Positions 22,249 through 31,775 of a stretch of 64,000 bases of DNA are shown piece by piece (within the stretch, counting starts at the first letter, position 1; each line of letters starts with the position of its first letter). A model generated the notes under the pieces. That model was not told where the DNA came from. It was given only the letters and a program-made list of their open reading frames with translations, and ran no database searches. Both the position numbers and the translations under genes were made by a program. The stretch is from positions 64,001-128,000 of the forward strand of contig CAVPSB010000018.1 of assembly GCA_963708025.1 (NCBI GenBank). The letters run 5' to 3'. Source of the stretch: an uncultured Candidatus Rokubacteria bacterium (GTDB lineage Bacteria > Methylomirabilota > Methylomirabilia > Rokubacteriales > DASRDR01).

Positions 22249-23876
22249 ATGGCCTACGAGGGACCCCGATCGTACCGGCCGGTGATCATGGGACGGCGCG
22301 GCGCCGTCGCGTCGAACCACCCGCTCGCCACCCAGGCCGGGCTGCTCGCGCTGCAGGCCGGCGGGAACGCGGTGGACGCCGCCGTCGCCGTCGCGGCGAC
22401 GCTGTCCGTCGTCGAGCCCATGATGTCCGGCCTCGGCGGTGACGGCTTCTACCACGTCTTCATGCGCCGGACCGGGGAGGCCGTCGTCGTCAACGGCACC
22501 GGGCCGGCGCCGCGGGCGGCGACCCCGGAGCGCTACCGGGCCGGCATGCCCCCGAGCGGCCCGCTCAGCGTCTCGGTCCCCGGCTCGGTCGGGGCCTGGG
22601 GCGTCGATCCACAGCCGGTTCGGCCGCCGGCCCTGGGCGGCGCTCTTCGAGGCGGCGATCGCCTACGCCCGGGACGGCTTCGGCGTCACCCGCGCCTTCC
22701 GGCACTTCGCCGGCGAGCAGCAGGCGGTGCTCGCCCGCGACCGGCGGAGCGCCGACGCTCTTCCTCCGCGACGGGGCGCCGCCCCGGCTGGGGACGCCGG
22801 TCGTCCAGGACGACCTCGCGCGCACCCTGGCCACGCTGGCCGCGGAGGGCGCCGAGAGCTTCTACCGGGGCGGCCTCGCCAAGGCCGTGGCCGCCGGCTG
22901 TGGCGAGGCGGGCACGCTGGTGACGGCCGACGACCTGGCGGCGTTCGAGCCGGAGGTCCAGGCGCCGATCGAGGTCACCTACCGCGGCTACACCGTCCGC
23001 GAGGCGCCGCCCAACTCGATGGGCTGGGTGCTCCTCCAGGAGCTGAACCTCGTCGAGCCGTTCGACCTGGCCGCCATGGGTCCGCTCTCCGCCGACTGCG
23101 TCCACACGCTGGTCGAGGCCAAGAAGCTGGCCTTCGCCGACCGCGAGCGGTACGCCGGCGACCCGCGCGTCGTGGCGACGCCGCTCGAGGAGCTCCTCTC
23201 CAAGGCCTACGCGAGGCGTCGCGCGGCTGGGATCGATCCGAAGCGCGCGGCGCCCACGGCGCCGGCGCCGCCCGGCGGCTCCGGCGGGCGCGACACGACC
23301 TACTTCTGCGTGGTCGACGGCGAGGGCAACGCGGTGTCGGGAATCCAGAGCATCAACAGCGCCTTCGGCTCGGGCGTGGTGGCCGGCGAGACCGGGATCC
23401 TCCTCAACAACCGCATGACCCCGTGGCACCTCGAGCCCGGCCATCCGAACCGCCTGGCGCCGGGCAAGCGGGTCCGCCACACGATGAACCCGCCGATGGT
23501 GTTCAAGGACGGCGAGCTGTGGGCCGTGCTCGGGACCCCGGGCGGCGACTACCAGGTCCAGGTCAACCTGCAGCTCTTGACCGCGCTCATCGACTTCGGC
23601 TTCGACCCGCAGCAGGCGGCGGAAGCGCCGCGATGGTCGAGCACCCAGCCCGGCCAGGAGGCGAACTATCCCCACGACTGCCCGGACGCGCTCAACCTGG
23701 AGGGCCGCTTCCCGCCCGACGTCCGGGACGAGCTGGCCGCCCGCGGCCACCCGGTGGTGACGCTGGGCGACCTCGAGGGTCCCTGCTCGGTCGAGATCAT
23801 CCGGCGCGATCCGGCCACCGGTGTGCTGATGGCCGGCTCCGACCCGCGGCGGGACGGCTGGGCGCTGGCGTATTGA
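22249..23876 (+). CDS. ggt: Gamma-glutamyltransferase family protein; two frameshifts (about 22605 and 22755)
   Basis: GGNAVDAA, SGLGGDGF, DTTYFCVVD, GILLNNRM, GTPGG, SDPRRDG. Confidence 0.88.
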
Positions 23877-23896
23877 AAGTGTCTGAACGAATCAGC

Positions 23897-23977
23897 CCTC
23901 CGGCTCCCCCCTCCCCCCGCCAAAGGCCGAAGGCCGTCCGACGGGTGGGGGAGGGGGGGTAGGCGGGAGGTCCCGAA
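23897..23977 (+). repeat. G/C-tract repeat, copy 3 (with module)
   Basis: Same ends as copy 1 plus CCAAAGGCCGAAGGCCGTCC. Confidence 0.85.
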
Positions 23978-23980
23978 CTG

Positions 23981-24967
23981 ATGTGCCGGCGGCGCGCCCG
24001 CGCCAGCGTCGGGGCGCTGGTCGTGGCCCTCCTGGTCTCGGGCTGCGCGTCCGGTCCGCGTCCCTGGGAGCCGTGGCAGACCACGCTGGGGCAGGGGAAC
24101 CCGCTCGCCGGGCGGATCTGGGACGTCGGCGCCGGCCGCTTCATCGACGCGGACCGCCTGCCGACGCGGCTCGCGACCGCCCGGTTCGTGCTCCTGGGCG
24201 AGAAGCACGACAACGCCGATCACCATCACCTCCAGGCCTGGCTCCTGCGCGAGCTCATCGCCCGCGGCCGGCGGCCGGCCGTCGGCTTCGAGATGTTCGA
24301 GACGACGGACGCGCCCGCGATCGCGCGGCATCTGGCCGCGGTCCCCCGCGACGCCGCCGGGCTCGGGGACGCCGTGGACTGGCGGCGCTCGGGGTGGCCG
24401 CCGTGGGAGCTCTACCGGCCGATCGCCGCCGCCGCGCTCGAGGCGGGGTTGCCGATCGTCGCCACCAACCTGCCCCGGACCGTCGCCCGGACCCTCAGCC
24501 GACAGGGGGTCGCGGGCGTGGACCCGGCGCTGGCCGCGCGGCTGGGGCTGGATCGCCCGCTCCCGCCGGAGCGTCAGGCGCCGATGGCCACCGAGATCCG
24601 GGACGCGCATTGCGGCCAGATCCCGGAGGGGATGGTCGGGGGGATGGTCGCGGCCCAGCGCGCCCGGGACGCCCAGATGGCCCGGAGCCTGGCCGAGGCG
24701 GCCACGGCCGACGGCGGACTGCTGATCGCCGGCGCCGGCCACGTCCGCACCGACCGTGGCGTGCCGGTCGACCTGGCCGCGCTCGCGCCGGGTGCCCGCG
24801 TGCTGAGCGTCGCCTTCGTCGAGGTGCGCGACGACCGGCGCGACCCGGGGACCTACGCCGAGCGCTTCGGGGCCGCCACGCTGCCCTTCGACTTCGTCTG
24901 GTTCACCCCCCGCGTGGAAGACCGGGACCCGTGCGAGCGGTTCCGGACGGCGCCGGTGCGCTCGTGA
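23981..24967 (+). CDS. ChaN-family lipoprotein (heme/iron uptake-like)
   Basis: Lipobox VSGC, LLGEKHDN, GFEMF, QRARDAQMA, AGAGHVR. Confidence 0.82.
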   Translation: MCRRRARASVGALVVALLVSGCASGPRPWEPWQTTLGQGNPLAGRIWDVGAGRFIDADRLPTRLATARFVLLGEKHDNADHHHLQAWLLRELIARGRRPAVGFEMFETTDAPAIARHLAAVPRDAAGLGDAVDWRRSGWPPWELYRPIAAAALEAGLPIVATNLPRTVARTLSRQGVAGVDPALAARLGLDRPLPPERQAPMATEIRDAHCGQIPEGMVGGMVAAQRARDAQMARSLAEAATADGGLLIAGAGHVRTDRGVPVDLAALAPGARVLSVAFVEVRDDRRDPGTYAERFGAATLPFDFVWFTPRVEDRDPCERFRTAPVRS

Positions 24968-25635
24968 CGGATCGCCTGGACGCCCTCGAGGTCGAGACCG
25001 GCCCCGCGCCCCGGGCGGCCGTGATCTGGCTGCACGGGCTGGGCGCCGACGGCCACGACTTCGTCCCGGTGGTCCCCGAGCTCGAGCTGCCCGCGACCCT
25101 CCCCGTCCGCTTCGTCTTCCCGCACGCGCCGATGCGGGCCGTCACGATCAACCGGGGCGCGGTCATGCGCGCCTGGTACGACATCGTCGAGGTCGGCGGC
25201 GCGTGGCGCGAGGACCCCGAGGGGGTCCGCGACGCCGGGCGGCGGGTCGAGGCGCTGATCGCGCGCGAGGTGGCGCGGGGGATCCCGGCGGCGCGCCTGG
25301 TCCTCGCCGGGTTCTCGCAAGGGGGCGCCATCGCGCTCCACACGGGGCTGCGCCACCCCGAGCCCCTGGCCGGGATCCTGGCGCTCTCGTGCGCCCTGCC
25401 CCTGGCTGACGCGCTCCCCGCCGAGGCCAGCCCGGCGAGCCGCGGCGTCCCCATCTTCATGGCGCACGGGACGCACGACCCGCTGATCCCGCTGGCCCGG
25501 GCCGTTCGCTCCCGGGACCGGCTGGTCGAGCTGGGCTACGCCGTGACGTGGCGCGAGTACGCCATGCCGCACTCGGTCTGCGCCGAGGAGATCCGCGACA
25601 TCGCGGCCTGGCTCCGGAGGGTGCTCGGGGACTGA
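24964..25635 (+). CDS. Phospholipase/carboxylesterase (alpha/beta hydrolase)
   Basis: IWLHGLGADG, MRAWYDI, GFSQGG, HGTHD, MPHSV. Confidence 0.9.
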   Translation: MTDRLDALEVETGPAPRAAVIWLHGLGADGHDFVPVVPELELPATLPVRFVFPHAPMRAVTINRGAVMRAWYDIVEVGGAWREDPEGVRDAGRRVEALIAREVARGIPAARLVLAGFSQGGAIALHTGLRHPEPLAGILALSCALPLADALPAEASPASRGVPIFMAHGTHDPLIPLARAVRSRDRLVELGYAVTWREYAMPHSVCAEEIRDIAAWLRRVLGD

Positions 25636-25654
25636 GAGCGTGTGAGGCAATGGC

Positions 25655-25722
25655 CCTCCGACTCCCCCCTCCCCCCGGTGGGTGGGGGAGGGGGGTTCGG
25701 GGGGTGGGCGGGAGGTCTCGAA
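25655..25722 (+). repeat. G/C-tract repeat, copy 4
   Basis: Core repeat preceded by TGA-GAGCGTGTGAGGCAAT. Confidence 0.85.
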
Positions 25723-25866
25723 AAGCGGAGGTCCCGAAAATAGGAAGGCCGACGCGGTCGGATCACACCGGGCTCTCGGGAGGGGTGAGGGCTCCGGTAG
25801 CCGCCGCGCCGGCCTTCTGGATTCAGCGTGCCGCCCCTGGCGCACAGCGTCCATCGGGGCAGCGCC

Positions 25867-26706
25867 CTAGGGACCTTCCCCCTGGGGTCCGCCGCCCTTG
25901 TTGACCCGCATCAGGTAGCGGTACGGGTCGCTGGTCACGACGGCTCCGCCCGAGACGAGGAGCACGGCCCCGGAGACCCAGGCGGCGGCGTCGGACGCGA
26001 AGTAGACGGCGGCCGCCGCCACGTCGGACGGCTGGCCGACGCGGCGCAGCGGGTAGAACGCCGATCGGGCGCGGCGGTCGGCCTCGGTGGCGAGCCAGGG
26101 CGCGGTCAGCGGCGTCTCGACGACGGCGGGGGCGATCGCGTTGACGCGGATCCCGTACTGGCCCAGCTCCACCGCCATCGTCTGGGTGACGTTGTTGAGC
26201 GCCGCCTTGCAGGCGCCGTAGATCCCCTCGCCGCCCGGCGCGGCGTAGAGGCTGTCGATCGAGCTGAGGAAGATGATGGCGCCGCCCCGGCCCTGCTCGC
26301 GCATCGCGCGCGCCGCCGCCTGGGCGCCGAAGACCTGGGCCTTGAGGTTGAGGGCGACCATCTGGTCCCACCCCGACTCGGTGACGTCGATCCACTCGGC
26401 CCCCCAGCCACCCGCGTCGGGGGTCGGCCCGCCCGCGTTGTTGACCCAGACGTCGAGGCGCCCGAAGCTCCCGACGGCCCGAGCGGCCAGCGCCGCCAGC
26501 TGCCGGGCGTCGGTGACGTCGGTCGGCTGGACGACGGCCCGGCGTCCCTTCGCCTCGACCTCGCGCGCGACCTCGGCCAGGTCGCCGACGCTCCGGGCCG
26601 CCAGGACGACGTCGGCGCCCTGCTCGGCGAACGCCAGCGCGATGGCCCGGCCGAGACCCCGGCTGGCGCCCGTGACCACGCACGACTTCCCCGCCAGTGA
26701 GAACAT
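25867..26706 (-). CDS. SDR family oxidoreductase
   Basis: TGASRGLG, NNAG, YGACK, RVNAIAP. Confidence 0.92.
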   Translation of the reverse strand: MFSLAGKSCVVTGASRGLGRAIALAFAEQGADVVLAARSVGDLAEVAREVEAKGRRAVVQPTDVTDARQLAALAARAVGSFGRLDVWVNNAGGPTPDAGGWGAEWIDVTESGWDQMVALNLKAQVFGAQAAARAMREQGRGGAIIFLSSIDSLYAAPGGEGIYGACKAALNNVTQTMAVELGQYGIRVNAIAPAVVETPLTAPWLATEADRRARSAFYPLRRVGQPSDVAAAAVYFASDAAAWVSGAVLLVSGGAVVTSDPYRYLMRVNKGGGPQGEGP

Positions 26707-26798
26707 GACCTAAGCTCCTCTCCCCGCTTTCGCGGATGGGCGAGCAGTATACGACGCGCGGCGCCGCCCGGAGAAGGCCACCGGGAGGCCATCGCGCC

Positions 26799-26828
26799 TT
26801 GACAAGCTTCGGGGGGCCAGCCTACTGT
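26799..26828 (+). promoter_or_regulatory. Sigma70-like promoter
   Basis: TTGACA-N18-TACTGT upstream of the enoyl-CoA hydratase gene. Confidence 0.5.
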
Positions 26829-27004
26829 GAGCGCCGTTCCGGTGCGCGAGCGCGACCCGTCGGAATGACCCCCTGCCGGGCGTCGCCTGCCTGACCGTCC
26901 GCGTCCCACCGGTGGCGTCGTCACGAGCGGAGGGTGGCCATGAGCGGCTTCGTCGAGACCTACCGCGGGGTCGTGTTCTGTCTGAAGCAACCGAGGGGAG
27001 AGGC

Positions 27005-27785
27005 ATGAGCGAGCAAGTCGAGCTCCGCAGGGACGGCGCGATCGCCACCATCCTCCTCAACCGCCCGGAGAAGCTCAACGCGCTGAGCATCGCGATGTAC
27101 GGGCGGCTCCAGGCGCTGATGGAGGAGTGCCATCGCGACGCCGACCTCCGCTGCGTCGTGATCCGCGGCGCCGGCGGGCGGGCCTTCGCGGTCGGCGCGG
27201 ACATCGGCGAGTTCGAGGCGACGCGCAGCTCGGCCGAGAAGGCGCGGGCCTACGCGAAGACCACTCACCCGGCGCTGACGGCCATCCGGAGCTGCCGGCA
27301 CCCGGTGGTGGCGCTGATCGAGGGACTGTGCGTGGGCGGGGGGTTCGGCATCGCCACCCTGTGCGACCTCCGCATCTGCGGCGAGTCGAGCCGGTTCGGC
27401 GTCCCCATCAAGCGACTGGGGCTCGTCGAGGGCTACGACGAGCTGGAGCCGATCGTCCAGGCCCTCGGCGGCCAGCGCGACGCTGGAGATCCTGCTCACC
27501 GGCGACCTCCTCGACGCGCGGACGGCCCAGCGGATCGGCTTCGTGAACCGCGTCGTCCCCGACGACCAGGTGGAGGCGGAGGCCTACGCGGTGGCGCGCA
27601 AGATCGCGGAGGGCGCGCCCCTGGCCGCCCGCTGGCACAAGCGGTTCGTCTACGACCTGGTGGCGGGGACGCGGCTGACGGACGAGGAGAAGGACGTCTC
27701 TTACCACTGCTTCGACACCGAGGACTTCCAGATCGGCTACAAGGCCTTTCTGGCCAAGACGACGCCCCAGTTCCTCGGCCGCTGA
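27005..27785 (+). CDS. Enoyl-CoA hydratase/isomerase; frameshift near 27478
   Basis: LNRPEKLNAL, AFAVGADI, CVGGG; continues NRVVPD...TEDFQIGYKAFL. Confidence 0.88.
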
Positions 27786-27801
27786 GAGGGTGTGATTCGG
27801 C

Positions 27802-28134
27802 ATGGCACTGGGCGGGGCCGCCCTCATCGTCGTCGGGGCCCTGGTCCGCCGGACCGGGTCGCACGGGCTGGCCGGAGCCGGGCTGGTCCTGGACCCCGGG
27901 CGCGCCCGCGAAGACGTCAAGCCGTGGTCGGAGATGCAGGGCGGCGTCATCCGGGACACGCTGGACGCGGCCGGGATCGACCTCGGCCGGGGTGCGGCCC
28001 GGCCCCCGGCCGGGGCCGGGGCCGCGCTGCCGTTCGACGAGAAGCTCCGCCGGCTCCACCGGCTCCGCCAGGAAGGGCTCATCTCCGAGGAGGAGTACCA
28101 GCGCGAGCGCAAGGAGGTCCTCGACCAGAACTGA
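27802..28134 (+). CDS. SHOCT domain protein
   Basis: C-terminal KLRRLHRLRQEGLISEEEYQRERKEVL. Confidence 0.7.
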   Translation: MALGGAALIVVGALVRRTGSHGLAGAGLVLDPGRAREDVKPWSEMQGGVIRDTLDAAGIDLGRGAARPPAGAGAALPFDEKLRRLHRLRQEGLISEEEYQRERKEVLDQN

Positions 28135-28158
28135 AGGGGAAGACCTGGGCGATCCTGC

Positions 28159-29640
28159 TCAGGAACTGGAACCCCCGCCGCGAGGGCTGCCTCGGCCGCA
28201 GGCGGCCAGGAAGTAGGGCGCCGCCGCCTTCGCGAGCTCGACATCACGCTGGGCGGCCGCGAGCACCTCGGCGCCGACCGCCGCCACCCGGTCGAGCACG
28301 GCGTCCTCGTCGAAGGCGAGGATCCGCCCGTCCCGCAGGACCCAGCGCCCCTCGACCATGACGGCGGCAACGGCCGCCGCGGTCGCGTGCTGGACGAGCT
28401 GCGGCACGCTGGGGGTCACGCCCGCGAGCGCCGGGCCACGGGGGCGGAGCAAGACGAGGTCGGCGCGGTGCCCCGGGGCGAGGTCGCCCAGCCGCCCGGC
28501 CAGGCCGATGACGCGCGCGCCGCCGCGCGTCGCCATGTCCAGGATCCGGGCGGGCCGCGGCCAGGCTGCGGGGTCCGGCGTGTCGGGACGCGGGAGCATG
28601 AGCGCGAGCCGCATCACCTCGAAGAGGTCGTGCGGGCCGCCGGTGTTGGACGAGTCGGTGCCGAGGGCGAGCGGCAGCCCCAGCGCGTCCGCCGCCCCGA
28701 GCGGCATCCGCCCGCTGCCGAGCATCAGGTTGCTCGCCGGGTTGTGCACGACCGTGACGCCGCGCCGCGCGAGGAGCTCCTGCTCCGACGGCAAGAGCCA
28801 GACCCCGTGCGCCACCGAGAGGCGCTCGCTCAGGAGCCCCTGGCGATCCATCTCCGCGACCGTGCCGCCAGGCCACCGCGCTTGCCCGTAGGCGGCCTGA
28901 GCGCGCGTCTCCAAGAGGTGCGTGTGGACGCCGAGACCGAGCTCGTCCGGGAGCCGCCGCCACACGGCCCACAGCTCCGCCGAGCAGCGCTGGAACGCGT
29001 TCGGCCCGAGCATTACCGTGATCCGGCCCGTGCGGCCCGGCCAGCGGGCGATCAGCTCCCGGTACATCCGCTCCGCGCCGGTCGGGTTCGAGCGGGGTGC
29101 GTCGTCCAGGCGGCGTCGGATCTCCGCGGGGAGCACGGCGTCCAGCAGCTCGTGGTCGAACACATCGTGCATGAAGGGGGCGAAGCCCACCCGCATGCCG
29201 GAACCGTCGTGCGCGCTCAGCGCCGCGTCGGCCCACCGGACGTGCGGGAAGTGGTCGAGGCAGGCGGTGATGCCGTTCCGGATCATCTCGGCGGCGCCGA
29301 GGAGGATCGCGAGCCGGACTGCCTCGTCCCCGAACGCGCGGCCGTACGCGACCGTGTAGAGCGCCCACGGCTCGAGCGGCAGGCTGTTCTCGGTCCCTTT
29401 GAGGAGCGTGCTGTAGGAGTGGTAGTGCGCGTTGACCAGGCCGGGCATGAGGATCATCCCGCCGGCGTCGAAGGCCTCGGGCGCGCGCTGCCGGAGCGCG
29501 CGGTCCGCATCGGTGCCGATGGCCACGGCGGTGATCGCGCCGTCCTCGACCAGCACGCCGCCCGGCTCGAGCCGATCGCCAGCGTCGGCGCGGCACAGGC
29601 GCGCGTTCCCGATGTAAAGGCCCGGTGCCACGGACGTCAT
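28159..29640 (-). CDS. Metal-dependent amidohydrolase/deaminase
   Basis: PGLVNAHYH, HTHLLE, AHGVW, HNPASN, LGTD. Confidence 0.88.
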   Translation of the reverse strand: MTSVAPGLYIGNARLCRADAGDRLEPGGVLVEDGAITAVAIGTDADRALRQRAPEAFDAGGMILMPGLVNAHYHSYSTLLKGTENSLPLEPWALYTVAYGRAFGDEAVRLAILLGAAEMIRNGITACLDHFPHVRWADAALSAHDGSGMRVGFAPFMHDVFDHELLDAVLPAEIRRRLDDAPRSNPTGAERMYRELIARWPGRTGRITVMLGPNAFQRCSAELWAVWRRLPDELGLGVHTHLLETRAQAAYGQARWPGGTVAEMDRQGLLSERLSVAHGVWLLPSEQELLARRGVTVVHNPASNLMLGSGRMPLGAADALGLPLALGTDSSNTGGPHDLFEVMRLALMLPRPDTPDPAAWPRPARILDMATRGGARVIGLAGRLGDLAPGHRADLVLLRPRGPALAGVTPSVPQLVQHATAAAVAAVMVEGRWVLRDGRILAFDEDAVLDRVAAVGAEVLAAAQRDVELAKAAAPYFLAACGRGSPRGGGSSS

Positions 29641-29655
29641 CCTCATCACCCGACG

Positions 29656-30561
29656 TCAGGGACCTCCGGCTCCCCCCTCCCCCCGGTGGGTGGGGGAGGG
29701 GGGTTGGGGGGGTAGGAGGGAGGTCCCGAAGATCAGCGAGGGGTGCCAGTGACGCTTCCCGGCCTGCGCCTGGCGCTGGTCCCAGCCGGCCAGGATCTCG
29801 ACCGCCAGGTTCGCGGTCCGGATCGCGTGCTCGACGCCGCCGTAGACGAAGCGGTCGGTGATCCGGTTGGCGATCGCGGTGCAGACCGCCCCCGCCCGCA
29901 GCCCGTAGAGGCTCGACAGGGTGAAGATCGTCGCCGTCTCCATCTCGAAGTTCAGCACGCCGGCGCGCCGGAGGTCGTCGACCTTGTCGCGGAAGAAGGA
30001 CTGCTCGTAGCCCCGGAACCCGGGCCGGCCCTGGCCGCAGTACCACGAGCCGGTGGAGCACGCGACCCCGACGTGGTAGCGGAGGCCGAGTCGCTCGGCC
30101 GCCTCGACCAGCGCGGCCGTCACCGCATAGTGCGCCGCCGCCGGGTACGAGGGATCGACGTAGAACTGGCTCGTCCCGTCCTGCCGCATCGCCGCCGTCG
30201 AGATGATGATGTCGCCGCACTCGATCTCGGCCTGGAGCGCCCCGGTCGTCCCCACGCGGATGAACGTGTCCGCGCCCAGGGCGGCCAGCTCCTCGAAGGC
30301 GCTCGACGTCGAGCCGCCGCCGGCGCCGGTCGAGCAGCAGGTGACGCCGACCCCGCCGAGCCGCCCCGAGAACGTCCGATGCTCGCGATAGTTGGCAATG
30401 GGCCGCGACTCGGTCCACTCCGCGGCGATCCGATCGACCCGCTCGGGGTCGCCCGGCAGCAGGACGTAGCGCTCCACGTCGCCGCGCCGGCACCGGATGT
30501 GGTACTGGAGGCCCTCGTCCATCTCGGGTCGGGTCGCCGCCGACTGCCAGTTCGATGTCAT
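29656..30561 (-). CDS. Uridine/nucleoside phosphorylase
   Basis: LLPGDPERV, IRVGTTG, NFEMET. Confidence 0.88.
   Translation of the reverse strand: MTSNWQSAATRPEMDEGLQYHIRCRRGDVERYVLLPGDPERVDRIAAEWTESRPIANYREHRTFSGRLGGVGVTCCSTGAGGGSTSSAFEELAALGADTFIRVGTTGALQAEIECGDIIISTAAMRQDGTSQFYVDPSYPAAAHYAVTAALVEAAERLGLRYHVGVACSTGSWYCGQGRPGFRGYEQSFFRDKVDDLRRAGVLNFEMETATIFTLSSLYGLRAGAVCTAIANRITDRFVYGGVEHAIRTANLAVEILAGWDQRQAQAGKRHWHPSLIFGTSLLPPQPPSPTHRGEGGAGGP
29663..29730 (+). repeat. G/C-tract repeat, copy 5 (inside the 3' end of the phosphorylase ORF)
   Basis: Core repeat. Confidence 0.85.
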
Positions 30562-31337
30562 GGTCGCTCCTCGTAGGGGCCGATCGAGATCGGGCCCAGC
30601 TGCGTCCGGAACGTCAGGACCGGGACCACCTGGGACACTGCTTCCTCGGCGCAGAACGCGATGTCGGCCACCGAGTCCACGCGCCGCAGCACCTCGGCGG
30701 TGGCCGACTGCTCGAAGGCCTCGCGGATGCCGAGAAAGGCGGCCCGCGCAGAGCGGGCGATCCGGCCGGACTCCATCACGACAGGCTCGCGCCCGAGCGC
30801 CTTCGCCACGTCCTCGCCGTAGGTCAGGAGCGCCGCGGCGCAACACACGTCGTCGAGGGCGGGGATCCGGCAGGCCTCCCGGCCGGCGCAGACGAGGCTC
30901 AGGCTCCGCTCGAGCCGGGCGGCCAGCCGGACGGCCGCGTCCATGACTGCACCGGCGTTGCGCATGCAGCCCACCAGGACGTGCTCGACCCCCGTCTCCT
31001 GGAGAAGCTCGGCCGCGCGGGTGCCGTTGGCGGTGCAGAGGATCACCCGCTGACCCGCGACGTCGAGGTCCACGAGGCGCGCGGGCGACGGCCCGAGGTC
31101 GGCCTCCGCCAGCTTCATCCCCTGCGGGTCCTCGCCGCACACCAGGGCCGGCCCGAACCGGTCGCGAAGCCCGGCGATCCGGTCCCGGTCGGCGTGGCGG
31201 GCGAGCAGGATCTCCGGGCAGCCGCGCTCGAGCAGGGTCACGATCGTCGTGCTGGCCCGGATCACGTCGATCAGCACGGCCACCGGGGACGGTCGCCGCG
31301 TGGCCTCCGACGGCAGGAAGCAGACCTCGAACCGCAC
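30558..31337 (-). CDS. 2-phosphosulfolactate phosphatase (ComB) family protein
   Basis: VLIDVIRASTTI, CGE, LGPSP, CTANGT, CAG..DD. Confidence 0.8.
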   Translation of the reverse strand: MRFEVCFLPSEATRRPSPVAVLIDVIRASTTIVTLLERGCPEILLARHADRDRIAGLRDRFGPALVCGEDPQGMKLAEADLGPSPARLVDLDVAGQRVILCTANGTRAAELLQETGVEHVLVGCMRNAGAVMDAAVRLAARLERSLSLVCAGREACRIPALDDVCCAAALLTYGEDVAKALGREPVVMESGRIARSARAAFLGIREAFEQSATAEVLRRVDSVADIAFCAEEAVSQVVPVLTFRTQLGPISIGPYEERP

Positions 31338-31363
31338 GCGCGCGGCCTCTCCCTTCCGAGCGA

Positions 31364-31465
31364 ATCTAACGGCTGGCGGTTGAGCGGCCGCCACCCCGCT
31401 GACCGCGGCGAGGCGATCGGCGGCGGCTGCGATCAGCGGCGAGCCGCTCCAACCGCGTCTTTGAC
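31364..31465 (-). mobile_element. Integron attC-like recombination site
   Basis: Minus strand GTCAAAG ACGCG GTTGGAGC GGCTCGCC ... GGCGGCC GCTCAAC CGCCAGCC GTTAGAT: R''(degenerate)/L''/L'/R' with extra G and T bases. Confidence 0.7.
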
Positions 31466-31701
31466 AGCAGCTTCAGGCCGAATCTCGTATCGGCGAGGTA
31501 GTCCGGCAACAGGTCCGGCCGTTGGACGTAGATTTCATCCTGAATCTCGAAGATGCTCCAGAGCGCTTGGCCGATCCGGTGCACGTTGCGTCGCGGTCGA
31601 AGGTTCGCATCCCGGATCTTCCCCGCGGTCCGGTCGAGAATCTTGGCAGCCCGATGCAGATCGCGATTGATCTCCTCCAAAGGCGGTGACAGCTTCCTCA
31701 T
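31366..31701 (-). CDS. Small hypothetical protein, probable gene-cassette ORF
   Basis: 111 aa ORF, more AT-rich than its neighbours; 3' end runs through the attC. Confidence 0.6.
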   Translation of the reverse strand: MRKLSPPLEEINRDLHRAAKILDRTAGKIRDANLRPRRNVHRIGQALWSIFEIQDEIYVQRPDLLPDYLADTRFGLKLLSKTRLERLAADRSRRRSPRRGQRGGGRSTASR

Positions 31702-31775
31702 CGCGACCTAGAGCACGCTTGGCGCGCACACATCGCATCCTCCGATTCTTCACGCGGTGGGACCGCTGCGGGGTG

